Assembly (NCBI RefSeq): GCF_009914755.1
Contig: NC_060927.1
Source of the DNA: the human T2T-CHM13v2.0 reference genome, Homo sapiens
Length of the DNA stretch: 64,000 bases
Reading direction: 5' to 3' (one strand)
This document shows positions 1 through 18,139 of the stretch, in pieces (the stretch's first letter is position 1; each line of letters opens with the position of its first letter). The notes beneath the pieces were generated by a model that saw only the letters and a list, made by a program, of their open reading frames with translations, was not told where the DNA came from and searched no databases. The position numbers and the translations under genes are program-made.

Positions 1-2477
1 AATGAGGATTATTAAAAACAATCTTTTCCTTCTACTATACGATCACATGACTATCAAAGGTAATGTCAGTGAGACCCTTTTCTAAACCGTAATGTGCTGC
101 TCAAATGTGAAATTATCACCTATTAGAACTTTATCTTAATGGAACAAGGTTTCTCGCCAAGTAAGAGATTCTCTTTCACTTGAGTCACGGTGGCCATTCA
201 CACTGGGCCTTCCATATTAGCTGGAGGTTAGGATGAGTGCTCTCAAGGGTCTCCTCAAACTGGGAGATCATCTGGTTTTATTCCTGTGAAACTCTTCATT
301 TTGCAGGTAAGGAAATCAGAGAGGTAAGGTGACTTTCCCCAATGTAATTGCTAGAGCCAGAACTCTCTTATCATAAATGACATCATTTTTTTTTTTCTGG
401 AATCATGTGGGCTTCGATCTTAGCTTTATCTTGGCTTCCTTTAGCCCTTTCTGTCATCTTATTTTGATTGCTGTTTTCTTGCCTACTGACCCAAGAGCAC
501 ATGCTTTGACTTCATACACAATAATTCCTCCACACTTTGAAGAGATCTAAGTAATATATCTATCAATATCCTGATGGCTCAACTGGTTTTTAGAAGATAT
601 AAATCATTCAAATGACTGTTTCACTTGATACTCAAGTTCAGTATGTGTTCTAAGCTTAAGTTAAACTTGGTATGGTCATCTAGGAATTGTACTAGCATTG
701 ATACAGTATAACGACAGTACTAGCTACATGAAAGACTAAAACATTACAGAATGATTTTACAATGATCCACAATGTCTGACTATATAGATTGAAATAAAGA
801 AAAATGTCATTACCCCTGTAGCATCTATAAATATTAATATATTTAAATTTTTAAAGACTGGTATTTTCTAATGTCTAAGGAAATAGTTTTCAATGAAATA
901 AGCTTTCAGTAGATATTTACTTTGACTGGTTTCTACTATGTAAAATAATAGAAGAGAAGATGGTTTCCCCATTCAAATTTAGCAGTCTAATATGATGGCA
1001 ATGGAGTGGGAGAACAACAATAGACGTAATCAATTACCAATGACTTGGTCTCTAAGTTTGTCTCAATAAATATATACCTTAGCATGAATCAAGTTACTTT
1101 ATTTTAAAAATCTGCATCAGAGAAATGAAATTACATGATGTTCTTTAGTATTTGTTGGTCATCTTCACTGAGATTATCAAATCTGTTAAATTGGAAATAT
1201 TTTCTTTCTCTGCAATCTCACCATTAAAATACTCCGGTTCTCAAACTCCCAATTTGGAAAAATTAATTTCATATTATTCTAAATTTAGAGAGGACAATAT
1301 TATGTAATTTTAATAGAACAAAAAGGCAAACATATACAGTGAAATTATGATGTATTGATCTGTTTTACCAACAAATCATACTTGCTAATATTGAGAAAAA
1401 ATATAATTAGAAAATTCTATTCCTTGCATATTGGAAATAATATTTCATGTCTGTAGCCTTTATAGCACTCTGTTTACTATTCCATTGAAAACTTTATCTG
1501 GGCATTGGAAAATGCAGGAAAAGACTGTTGATAGACTCGTGTATCAATACTAGGCAACCTTTTTAAATGGTTTATTACATTTCTGACACTTGTGATTAAC
1601 AAGTATATGAAAGATATTGCTATTTACAAATTTCATAACTGGATAATGTTTCTTAAAGCTGAAGCTTTATTAGAGTCACATGCTTGAAAATAACTTCATG
1701 AAATCTCAGCATTTTCTCCATCCATTGATGGCTTAGCATATAGTGTGGTCCTTAAATATTAGTTATTATTATCCCAGAAATGGATGAGCTGAGTTAGATG
1801 TATGTAACAAGTCACAAGAGACCACGTTTGTTCTTTTCTTGAGTCTTTACTCAATATATTGCAAGCTACATAAGGAATTTACTATCCTCATGGAGAAATT
1901 TTAACTTTTAAAATATTCTCTTTTTGTTCTTCATTCTTTAAAATGCAAATGTTGGCTGTCACAAAACAAAGCAGTTTATCACTTTCTCTCAGAGAAAATA
2001 TTCCTGTTTATCTGCACAGATGTGGGATTAATGACTAGTACTTTTGAGTTTTGCCCACTTAAGCTGTCTGATGCCCACAACAGCTGAAGTGCTCAGGTTC
2101 TTGCAGCCAATATGTAGGCAATTCTACACCCACTCCATGACATCAAGCCTAGAATTGTTATCAGACTCTGAATTGAAGAAACTTTTGCTTCTCCAGTTTT
2201 TCATACAGAATATTAGAAAATTATTGTTGGAATTAGTTTTCGAATATTTTACTCACATTGCAAATAGTATGCTAGACTTTGGGAACACAAATAAAATATA
2301 ATTCTTAATTTTAAGGCAATTAAAATCAGAGAGAGATATATAAACACATTACTATTTATTTGTAATGTATTACTTACTATAGTGTCACATTTTATCATCA
2401 ATAACTTGATTACACAGATGGAGAGCATCGTATCATGAGAGGTGAGTAGGAAGTTTTCAGTTAAAAGTTGCAGTTTC

Positions 2478-2760
2478 GGCCAGGCGCAGTGGCTCACGCC
2501 TGTAATCCCAGCACTTTGGGAGGCTGAGGCAAGTGGATCATCTGAGGTCAGGAGTTCGAGACCAGCCTGTTCAACATGGCGAAACCCATCTCTACTAAAA
2601 GTACAAAAAATAGCTGGGCATGGTGGCGCATGCCTGTAGTCCCAGCTACTCAGGAGGCTGAGGCAGGAGAATTCACTTGAACCCAGGAGGTGGAGGTTGC
2701 AGTGAGCCAAGATCATGCCACTGCACTCCAGCCTGAGAGACAGGTTCAAAAAAAAAAAAA
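2478..2760 (+). mobile_element. Alu (AluS-type, probably AluSx)
   Basis: Starts ggccaggcgcagtggctcacgcctgtaatcccagc, dimeric, poly(A) tail. Exact 14-bp TSD aaaagttgcagttt at 2463-2476 and 2757-2770, at a TT/AAAA site. Short deletion just before the tail. Confidence 0.97.
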
Positions 2761-3394
2761 GTTGCAGTTTAAAGAGTAAGGTTGAATTTGAAGATGAAGA
2801 GAATGGAACGAAAGAAAGGGAGAGATATGAAGAGATAGAAAGGGACACTTTAAATATATAGGAGTCCAGGCAACATACAAATTATAATAGGATTTATGGG
2901 ACACTGGGTAGCAAGATTAGCAAGCCAGATAGCAGAAGCAAACAGTACTAGGTGATTAAATAATTTTCTGATAAGTTCTAAAACTTTTAAGAAAGCCAAA
3001 ATTCTAAAACTGATAAGAAAGCATTGGAAGGTCACACTCTCCAAGCTTAATTGAAAGCATTGGAAGTTCTCACTCTCACCACCCAACCTATTGGGACAAT
3101 ATCCCTCTTTGGAACTCTGGCAGCTACATTAGTATTACATATTTAATTAATTTATTATTTATACATGAACTTCCTTGTCATATCTTAAAAATTCCTTTGT
3201 CTTAAACTGCAAATTAAGCCTTATTGCTTTACTTTTCACATACATAAACTCTTTGAGGGCAGGGTTCCAATATAATAATATAATGTACGCCCTATATTGC
3301 ATACATGGCTCACACATAGTCGCTATTTAATAGTACTTTGTTTGTTAAACTACATACCTTGTGTGGATATTTGTTTTGATTTGTTACCCCCAAG

Positions 3395-3777
3395 TAATCT
3401 TGAATTTTGTTTCCTCCAAAAAAGACAAAATTCTAACACCCAGTACCTCAGCATGTGGCCTTATTTGAAGACAGAGTCTTTAAAGGGGTTAAACAAATTA
3501 AAATAAAGTCATTAGGGTGGGTCCTAATCCAATATGACCAATATCTTCATAAAAAGAAGAAATGTAGATACATCAAGGGAAGATGGAAGAAGATGACCAT
3601 CTACAAGCCAATGTCTCATAGAGCAGATTCTTCCTAGCAGCCCTCAAAAGGAACCAACCCCACCAACACCTTGATTTCAGATGCCAGCCTCCATATCTGC
3701 TAGACAATAAATTTCTGTTGTTGAAGCCACCCAGTCTGTGGAGCTTTTCATGGCAAAAGCCCTAGCAAACTAATACA
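3395..3777 (+). mobile_element. MaLR solo LTR (MLT1A/B/C-like)
   Basis: Motifs cccagtacctcag..tgtggccttatttg, ttagggtgggtcctaatccaatatgac, aataaatttctgttgttgaagccacccagtctgtgg; ends ctagcaaactaataca. Start approximate. Confidence 0.85.
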
Positions 3778-4468
3778 TCCTCTAAAATGACTTCACAATC
3801 CTATTGAAATCTTTCAAGCATACATTTTTTTATAAGTCACTTAGGACTCAAAGTTTGTCAAATCCCCTTAATTCCTGATCTCACCAAATAATTGCTCAAT
3901 CTCTGCTTCTATTGGCATGAGAAGACCTGACTTTACTGATACATAGGGAAAGTGTCACGATATACTTTACCATTTCAAATGCAGCTCATGCTCATGAAAG
4001 AAGTTTTATAAATACCCTCAAAGGTTATTTGTCAAATTGCCAGTTGTCAGTCATCTCTCAATTACCCATGTATGAATTATTCAGAGCTGGTTTAACTTCA
4101 GGCTGATTTCTTTTTGCCTCCAAGCACACATCTGATCTCACTCTCTGTTCCAGCAATTGCTATGTGCTTAGGGAATGCAGACTAATGTTAATATTAGCCC
4201 GAGCAAACACTTAAAAGGCTAAATCTGTGTCTAAAAGAAATTAATGCACTCCCCCAAACAAACATGTATCATCTTTGTATTATCAGATGTTTTGGATTAT
4301 TTAATACCACGGCTCGTTTCCTTGATAATTGAGTCTAATAAGCCCTATGCTTACACTATTTATAATTTTGGGTTATAAAGCCTTAATCATCAGTCAGATG
4401 ATTTTTATTTCACTTTTCTACAGTGTTCAGGACAGCATTACAGTGCCTGCTAATATAGGTTGACAACA

Positions 4469-4845
4469 TGATATGGTTTGGCTGTGTCTCCACCCAAATC
4501 TCATCTTGAACTGTAGTTCCCATAATCCCCACATGTCATGGGAGAGACCTGGTGGGAGGTAATTGAATCGTGAGGGTGCTTATCCCCGTGCTGGTATTCT
4601 TCTGATAGTGAATGAGTTCCCGTGAGATCTGATGGTTTAATAATGGGCTTTTCCCCCTTTTGCTCCACACTTCTCCTTGCTGCTGCCATATGAAGAAGGA
4701 CGTGTTTGCTTTCCTTTCCACCATGATTGTAAGTTTCCTGAGGCCTCTCCAGCCATGTGGAACTGTGAGTCGATTAAACTTCTTTCCTTTATAAATTACA
4801 GTCTCAGGTATGTTTTTATCAGCACCATGAGGACAGGCTGACACA
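4469..4845 (+). mobile_element. THE1 (THE1C/D-like) MaLR solo LTR
   Basis: Begins tgatatggtttggctgtgtc, ends gctgacaca. Perfect 5-bp TSD caaca at 4464-4468 and 4846-4850. Confidence 0.95.
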
Positions 4846-6529
4846 CAACACAAGACTGAATTCTATCCTGCAATCTTAACTACTTACATTAGAAGACCTT
4901 ATTGTATTCTACTCTCAGCTCTGAACAACTCCTGTCTCTTTGGTGACTGCCCATCCTTGACGCACAAGTGAGTCCAAGTTGCCATTTCATGCAACATTAT
5001 CAACCATCTTCCCAGCCCTTATTTCTGGTCTGGGGATAGATAACAGATTCAAGATAGATGACTCTAATTTCTTTCCTAAGATTTTGGAATTTGGGTTCAG
5101 TGAATGAATCCATCTCTTCAGGTGCTTAGATCTTATTATGTAAATTCAGAATCTGTGGATGGCAAAGTTGTCTGGCTTTTGAACTGAGAAGCAGACAGTG
5201 TAGGTCAACAAATAAGAGAAAAAGGTGAGGTTTCCAGGCTCTGATTGGTTTTTTCCAGGTGCCCTGTTGCAATTCTGGCCCTGAGTGTTGTGAAACTTCT
5301 CCATATCCTTATAAATTCTACCTGTTTGATAAAATGAAGCCTGGTTATGGTTGTGTTTCCCACAACTAACAAAGCAATCATCCGGCCAAATCCCCTTAGT
5401 TTAAAAATGAGACCATTGGAGTACAGGAAAGCTAAGTTGTGGGTCCACATTCACAGATAATTTGTATTAGGACTAGGAAAAAGGCATGTAACTCCAAATT
5501 CCCAGGCAATAGGTTGTTTTGAGATAACTGTTCAATGCAGTTGTCAATCCTCGAAAATAGTAGAATTAGAGCTTAATAACTGGTAAATTTATCTCTTACT
5601 AAAAATAACTGTCATGTACTGAATGGTTGTCTAGTATGCACTATTTACATTCTAGGCCCTTGAGATATAGCAATGGACAAAACAGATGAGGTTGCTGATC
5701 TCATGAAGCTTATATTGTGAAAATTATACTCCATCATCCGGATGGTTGAGATCCTTTAAATTTTCCTATAAGCATGACTACATTTGCACAAATGCATCTC
5801 TTGTGTGGAGTCTTCCCTGAGATAAAGTTTATGAATATGCAAAATGGCTGGCTGCAGCCACCGGTACAGTTTGTTCCCCATGGAATGCTGAGAAGCCAGC
5901 TGGTCCTCAGAATACAACAGGAAAGGGAAATATAACATAAGGTATTGTAGGGCGTATTTACACAGTTTGTGCCCCATGGCTCAGTCCTGTCCAATATGTC
6001 AGCAGACTGAGAAAGCTTAAGGAATTCTATCTCCTCAGAGAAAACAGTGGTTGTAAATATATACTAGGCTTCTTGCACTTTTTTTTTTTTTTTTTTTACT
6101 TTGGTCATGAGTCTATCACTAATTGCTGTAGACCCCCTGGCATCAATCAACTGACATTTATGCCCTAGTATTTAGGATTCTCAGTATTTCAAAATTGTAA
6201 AACTACATTTGCAAGCACAATCATTTTAACTCCTTAACCTCACGTTTAAGATTGTCCATGGTCGGGCTGCAAGGTACCTCATATGTATTACAAGAATTTA
6301 GTAACTGGTAACTGAAAGAATGAATTATTTCACTGTTTTCCTCCAACTCCACATACTCAGGTCAAGCCAAAATATTTACTCTTCCTGCATACTTCCACCA
6401 CCACCCACCCCCATGGTTCTTTTCCATCTAGGCCTTTGATTCTGCAATTCAATGTCCTGAGAGTACCTGCCTCCTATCTCTGAGATGTGACAGCCTCTTC
6501 ACCAGCTGCTGCTCTACCTGTCTTCACTG

Positions 6530-6955
6530 ATGGTAGGACTTGTTTAAAGAAGCTGAATAATTCACACATGTGCTTGCCTTACATTCGTTATTCACTACAG
6601 TACATAGCTATGTGACCTTATTCTGACCAATGGGCTATGAAGGGAAATTTGCTAAGAAAGAATTTTCCTTCACGATAAAATTAAAGTGTGCAAAAGAAAG
6701 CCCCTTCCTTCCTGTTTTGTCTGTAGAAAATAATTACAGTGAGAGGTGAATTTGCCGAAGTCAGCTTGCCACTCTGACTGGGAGGCTGAAACCATCTCTG
6801 GGAAACCCAGTCAGAGTCCCACCATTATTTGGCTACTTGACTGATCCAGGATCCAGGTGCGAGCTGTGTCCAGACTTCTTGTTACAAGGGGAAAATGAAT
6901 CTCCATTCTAAAACCACCTTCAACTGGGTATTTTGGCACTTGCACCAAACCCAGT
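6530..6955 (+). mobile_element. old ERVL/MaLR LTR fragment (LTR16/MLT1-like)
   Basis: tatgtgaccttattctgaccaatggg and ccagacttcttgttac...aaaccacc...gggtattttggcacttgca resemble ends of these families; highly diverged. Confidence 0.5.
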
Positions 6956-8524
6956 GTACCCTTTTATGTTTAGCCCTCTATATCCTGTATGAAAGTTATT
7001 TCCTTATAACTTACATTTATATCGTACATTATAAATTACTAAAGTGTTGTTCTCCCGATGGTTAAAAAAAAGAACAAAGTGAAGCTAGAAGCTATGTACT
7101 GTTTGAAGGCACACAGGTGGCAAAGAGGAAGGCAAACTTTAAGCTCATAGCATCCTTGAGGTACGGCTTCTCTTGAATAATTAGCCAGATGCTGGTGATT
7201 TTTACCAATCCTACATTTTCATGGGTTCCTCTTTTGCAATTAGCCTTTCTTCCAGAATTTATGTCAGTGTTTGTTCATTAATGACTTCATAATTCGTATT
7301 ACAACTATGCCTGCCCGTGACTTCCCTGTGGAGTTAATTCCATAAACAGCCCACATATTAAGACAGTATAGTATTCCTCAGATACATAAGAAGCAGGATA
7401 GCTTAGTAGTTACATCTGGTATGTAGTAACTCACAGTAGTAGCTGTGAGTTAAAGTGTTGGATTCATACCCTGGCTCCACTTTAATTCGCTGTGGGCCAA
7501 AGAAAAGGTAACGGTAGAAGATACGTTTGAATCAGCTCTTTCTTTCTCTAAAGCCCACTATAACACTCATTGCTTATATTGTTGCAAAAACCATTTCATA
7601 ATTGATGTTTTTCTAACCCCAGAATCTGGCACACATGGCACAGTATCTTAGGTATAGTTGATATTCAAAATGTGTTCAAATGAATGAAATTTGTTAAGTG
7701 AAAGTCACCTAACCTTTCTTTTACTGATATTAGTACTTACTAATCCAAGTTGCCTCAAGAGAATATACAAAGGCAAATAATAAATACTGAATTCTTTATT
7801 TTTAGCAATCTGGCCTTGTTATAATTCTCACCTCTCTCTCCCAAATCATAGGAATCATGGTTAAGGTAAAATATCTTTTGTAGCCCCCAAAATGTTACAG
7901 CACAAGAGGTTTGAGGTTTTAGTAATATAAAAATGCATAATTGCCCACAGCATAATTTCTTTCAGGCCTTAATCCCATGGGCTCAATCTAAGGAGTTTTA
8001 AGTTTTTGGTTTTTGTTTTTGTTTTTTCACTGTGTTAACCTGTTAAAGCTCATCTTAGCAGGTTTCTTTGCTCTGTCTCTTCATATGCTTTTGAGTGTGT
8101 GGGGCCACAGTTACTTTCAGAGTCTTATTTGCTCAAGAAGACATAAGAATCCAGTTCCTTCAAGAAAAAAGCAAATTAAAAAGTTATTAAAGCATGTATC
8201 GCCACTTGACAAGCCCCTCTGGATCCATTTGAGCTTATGACCATGGTGAGTCTTCAGAAAGGGTTTTATTTCACAAACCACTGAGCCCTTCCGAGCCACA
8301 TGCTGTTTGATAATTAGGGGCTATAGTATCTGTGATAGAAACCCAGTACTGAAGAAAACAGTGAAAGAGACTAATATAGACAACCAGCTGTTGATTTTCT
8401 GCCACTGTACTGGTTGACTTAAACTATGTTGCCATCCAAATTTATGTTGAGCCAAAACCCTTTTATTCACAGTAATGCGATGGCAAACAGAATATTGTGA
8501 CATCCAGGCTATACTGCCATATCA

Positions 8525-8710
8525 ATAGCCAACATCTGTGTGGTCTTTGCAATTTACGATGTACTTTTACATCATTTATCCTATTTAAACCTCACAATAT
8601 CCTTGTGAACTAGGAAAGTGTGACCTCCTTTTGGAGGTGAAACAGATATACAGATTACATGACTCGTAAAAGGTCTAATGGTGGATCTGGAACTATCTGG
8701 CTTCTACTTC
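8525..8710 (-). mobile_element. MIR fragment
   Basis: tttaaacctcacaatatccttgtga...gaggtgaaacag resembles the reverse MIR core. Confidence 0.55.
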
Positions 8711-9138
8711 CTTCTTCATTGTCATCCTCATCATCTATGCTTCAGGATTTGGGTATCTGTAGAAACTTCAGGTGGATTTTTCCTATTTTCTTATGTGAGC
8801 TGTGCTGAAGTTTCTACCTTTGCCTATAGCAGAGTCATTTGAATAACACCACACAGCGCTCCTCCTCTAACTACCTTTGATTGAACACCATTGGTGCTTT
8901 GACCCATTGTACATGGGGGTCAGCCCAAGTTAATTGGCAATTCCAAACCACCATTCTCTGTTGAGCTAATAGGAACAAAAGGATCTTATGGCACTAATTT
9001 CTAAGAGATACTTCAAAACAAGGCAACCTGGCTGTTTTAGAAATTTCTCCCTTGGTAACTGCCTTCTCACCATATTTCATTAGCTTTAAATTTGCAGACT
9101 ATGAAAGATGAAGTTTTACCAACTGAAAACACATCTAG

Positions 9139-10874
<1,736 letters not shown>

Positions 10875-11386
10875 GAAATCACCTCTCTAATAGTTCATTT
10901 AGGAAAGTTCTCAGTTTTATTAATCTTTGTGTTGCCTTTGAAGCCAAACCTGTTGTATTGCAGATCCTGCTTCCTGGCAGTCGGAACACGTGTTTATAAT
11001 CATTACTTCCATTCCTTGAAGGCAACCTTTGGACTTTATTGATTGCTTTATCTTAGTTAATACTCACCTGACATCCCTGAGTTGTCCTTTATGACATTGG
11101 CAGACAATTTTAGCATCATTGTCTTTAATATAACACGTTCAAAAAATGAAGAATATGTGATTATTTTAATGAAAATATGAGTACTGGTATTTTTAGTATT
11201 TCTGATGTTTCCTTTATGTTCATAAGGAGTATAGAGAGATTGCTGTTTTTACACTGTTACCTTCCATCACTTCTTGAAAAGGCAAAGACAAGGTAAGTAT
11301 CATACGTAATACTGAGAAATATATTTCAAAGTAAATATTTTTCCTTAATTCTATCCCTGTTGTTTCTTCTCTTGGTTTCCTTCCTT

Positions 11387-11470
11387 TCTTGTTTTCTATC
11401 TTTCTCCCTCTAATTCTTCCTGGTATTATCTTGTTTTCTATCTTTCTCCCTCTAATTCTTACTGGCATTG
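11387..11470. repeat. 42-bp tandem duplication (2 copies)
   Basis: tcttgttttctatctttctccctctaattctt(c/a)ctgg(t/c)att starts at 11387 and again at 11429. Confidence 0.95.
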
Positions 11471-11849
11471 GCTCTGATGCTGTACAGAAATCTAAAAAAT
11501 ATGGCACTAATTTCAGAGAAAACGTGGTGCAATTAAAAATCTTTGTTCCAAGTTTAAATTAAGATTATAAACCAAAATGTGGCAGAAATGATCTAAAAAC
11601 CAAGAATATTTCTCTTACAATATACGTGCTTCATTAATACTTCACAAATCTAGGGTCTTTTTTTAGCCAGTTTTTCTCAGGGATTTCTTAAGCTTGGAAT
11701 GTATGCTTTGGAAGAAATTATGAAAGGTTACTAAAGATACCTGGGACAGCTGTAAAAGGAAGGCCTCAGCCCATAAAATTAAAGTGAAATAATGAGTGTA
11801 GAATCAGTCTCATGTGTGTTGCTGCTAGAGAAACAGTCACAATGACCTT

Positions 11850-12800
11850 CTCTCAATTTCTGGAACATGTCTAGCATGTTCTCATTTGTCAAGCCTTACT
11901 ACTTTCTAGCCTTATACCTGCTATTTTCCTTTCTGCTATCTTTGTGTAAATTACTGTTTCTCAAACATCAAGGCTCAACTCAAATGTCATCTCCTCAGAG
12001 AAGCCTTTCTTTGGTCACTCTAATGTAGATACCTTTGTTATTCTCGATCACTATATTTTATAAGTCATTCATTGCAATTATTTTTATTTTTACTTGATTT
12101 TGTCTTTCCCAATGTTGGGAATCAGAAACTGATACCCCCAAATATGGTGCTTTGACAGGTGCTTTGACATGGTGAACTGAAGAAGCCTCAAGTTCTCTCT
12201 GACCTCCTCCCAGGCCCCATCTCTCCCAGAGCACAGCATGAAGTTGTTCTCTGACATTCCCTTATCTGCCTAAAGCCTGGACGCACCAAAGAAGAAAACA
12301 ATTAGCCCTGGTCCCTTCCCTGAGTTTTCATTGCCTGAACTCATACTACAGGAAGACAGACCGAAGTCCGTCAGTGCACCTGGACAGACTTTGTCACAGG
12401 CCAGTGTCTGTTCTGCAAACCCACAGATTTTGTGCCAAACCATTCTATGTTCTTCAAGCCCATTGAATTTTCTGAAAAATCATTTACTGCCCCCACCCCC
12501 CGAAATCATCCACATCTCCCCATCTCCCTTTCCCCTAAGAAGGGTGTATAGCCATCTGTGTCCCATTGTGGTGGGGTAATTACTCTGTGATCCTCTTCTG
12601 TGTACATTAACATTTGCATGCCTTTTCTCCTAATAATCTGACAGTGAAGGGAGGTTTTTCCTTGGCCCCTACACCCTCAAAATGCAATTTTCATGAGGCT
12701 AGAGACACTGTTTATATTGTTTCCATTTTATTCTAGCAACCAAAGTGGAAACAAGCACATGGCAGGAACCCAATAAATATTTGTTGAATAAATGAGTGAA
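11850..12800 (+). mobile_element. L2 3' end, interrupted by an LTR
   Basis: tcaaggctcaactcaaatgtcatctcctcagagaagcc before the LTR; after it, the typical L2 terminus caataaatatttgttgaataaatgagtgaa. Confidence 0.75.
12113..12673 (+). mobile_element. ERV1 solo LTR (MER39/MER34-like)
   Basis: TG...CA ends (tgttgggaatcagaaactgatacccccaaatatgg ... tttccttggcccctaca); gaactgaagaagcctcaag motif. Confidence 0.8.
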
Positions 12801-13009
12801 GTATTTCCTCACAATTATTCTGAATCATTGGCATTACTGGTAGGGAGTTGGGCTGGGGAATACAAAGAGACGTAAAATGCTGGAGCTGTTCTCATGTCTG
12901 CTTTAAACTTGGGAGGTTTTTTTAAAAATAAAATTTTAAAATTTTATATTTTGCTTAAACATTGATTTGTTGGGTTTTGCTTAAGTATTGGTTTAATTTT
13001 TGGTATTAT

Positions 13010-16015
<3,006 letters not shown>

Positions 16016-17472
16016 TTTAAAATAGTATTTCTACTTTCAGCCAAGGTATATTTACCCTTTCTACCACAAACAACTAGAAAACTGGACAAAACATATGAAA
16101 CAGTTGTTTCCAACACAGAACATCATGCAGTGCAGAGCAGTAACTCCTGAAATAGTGGAAACAAGTGAAGTGAGTTCTTCAATTAAAGCAGCTTACTGCA
16201 TGGAGACTGTTTCCAGGCAGCAGTGGAGAAGCAGAGAACTAATGCAGAACTCAATGGACACACTCTGAGCTGCAGAAATGGAGTTGAAAGTGAAAGGTTG
16301 ATGAACTTGTGGAAATAGAATTAGACCATTAGACCAGAAAAAAAAACTAAAAAATAAGCAGAATATTATTGAACTCTGGGATAACTTTAAGTGACCTAAA
16401 AAATAGGCAACTGTAGTTCCTGAAGGAGAACGAGGAGAGTGAGAACAAAACAGAACAAATTTTAAAGATATAGTGTCTCATTTTTTCAAAATTTGAAGGA
16501 AACTAGAAATAAACAGATCTGAAAATTCATATACATCCCAAGCACAAGATACATAAAAAAACTACATTAAGCCACACTGAAATCAAATTTCTGGAAGCAG
16601 CTGATAAAGACTATGCTAACAGCAGTCAGAAAAAGAAAAAAGACACATTACATACTGAGGAGTAAGATAAGAATGGCAGAAGAGTTCTCATAAGAAACAA
16701 AGTGAGCCAGAAGACAGCGGAATAGCATCTCCAAACTACAGAAAGAATAATCTGTCAACCTAGTATTCATAGCGGCAATATCTTTCACTAATGAAGACAA
16801 AATAAAGACTCTTCAAGCATAATCATTCAAGAAGCATTTATCACCAGGAGACCTACCCTTGAGGAAATGTTAAAGAAACTCCTACAGGCAGAAGGGAAAA
16901 GATTCCATATGAAAATCTAGATCTTCACCGAGGAATGGAAAACCATGCAAACAGGAAATTGGTGTATAAATATATGAGGGTTTTTTTCCCTATTTTTAAA
17001 GTCTATTAAAAATTTGACTATGTAAAACAAATATAATAACAATGTATATGCTAGTTTATAACACATGTAGAAATAAAATATAAAAATAATAGCACAAAGG
17101 ATGGAAAAGGAAGCATAACATTATCGTTTGTTTTTAAAATTATATCCTTGAAATGGTATAATATTACCTATAGATAGACTTATTACATTAAAGGTATGTC
17201 CTATAAACTCTAAAACAGCTACTAAAAAGGAATCATTGGTCTACCAAAGAGATAAAATGAAATTATAAAATCATAATTAATCCAAAAGAAGGCAGTAAAC
17301 GAGTAAAAGTAGATTAATAATATGTCACAAATAGAAAAATAGATTGTAAGATGATATATTGTAACCCAACTGTGTTAATAATCATAGCAAATGTAAATGG
17401 TCAAAGTACCTCTATTATAAAGACAGAGACTGTCAGAGTAGATTAAAAAACAAAACAAGCAAGATTCAAATA

Positions 17473-18139
17473 CAGTAATGTGTCATTTAATAATAGAGGT
17501 ACATTTTGAGAAATGCATCACTAAGCAATTAAGTCATCGTGCAAACATCATAGAGTGTACACTCATTTCGCAGTATCCACAGGAGATTGGTTCCAGGATT
17601 TCCCACAGATACCAAAATCCATGGATTCTCAAATCCCTTATATTAAATGTCACAGGATTCATATATAAACTATGTATATTCCCCTGTATACTTTAAATTA
17701 TCTATAGATTACTTATAATACCTAATACAATGTAAATTCTATGTAAATAGTTGTCATATTGTATTTTAAATTGGTATTGTTTTTATTGTTGTTTTCATTT
17801 AGCTTTCCAAATATTTTTTATCCGTGTTTGGTTGAATCTATGGATGCAGAACCTACGGATATTACAGGGCTGGCTCTACTTGCACAAACCTAGGTGATAT
17901 AGCCTATGACATTTCTATATATGACAAGGCTATATGGTATAGCCTTTTGCTCCTGGGTTACAAACTTGTACAGCATGTTATTCTACTGAATACAGTAGGC
18001 AATCGTAACACAAAGGTGATCATTTATGTATCTAAACATAGAAAAAGGACAGTAAAAATGCAGGATTATAATCTTATGAGACTGCCATTCTATACATGGT
18101 CAGTCATTGACTGAAACATTGTTACGCAGCACATGACTG
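17473..18139 (+). mobile_element. Tigger3a/Golem-type DNA transposon (TcMar-Tigger)
   Basis: Terminal inverted repeats cagtaatgtg...cacatgactg, preceded by TA; internal tgagaaatgcatc, acaaacctag, tatctaaacatagaaaaagg. Confidence 0.9.
17560..17876 (+). mobile_element. MER2 (MER2B-like) DNA transposon nested in Tigger3a
   Basis: gattggttccagga...gataccaaaatccatggat...ggttgaatctatggatgcagaacctacggata; TA on both sides (17558-17559 and 17877-17878). Confidence 0.9.

Noticed and set aside
2249-2848. 199-aa ORF, and similar ORFs at 26654-27044 and 51907-52463
   Set aside because: Typical antisense-Alu or microsatellite translations (LECSG.ILAHCNL...).
11387-11470. Short direct repeats as a CRISPR-like array
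   Set aside because: Only two adjacent copies, no spacers, eukaryotic context.
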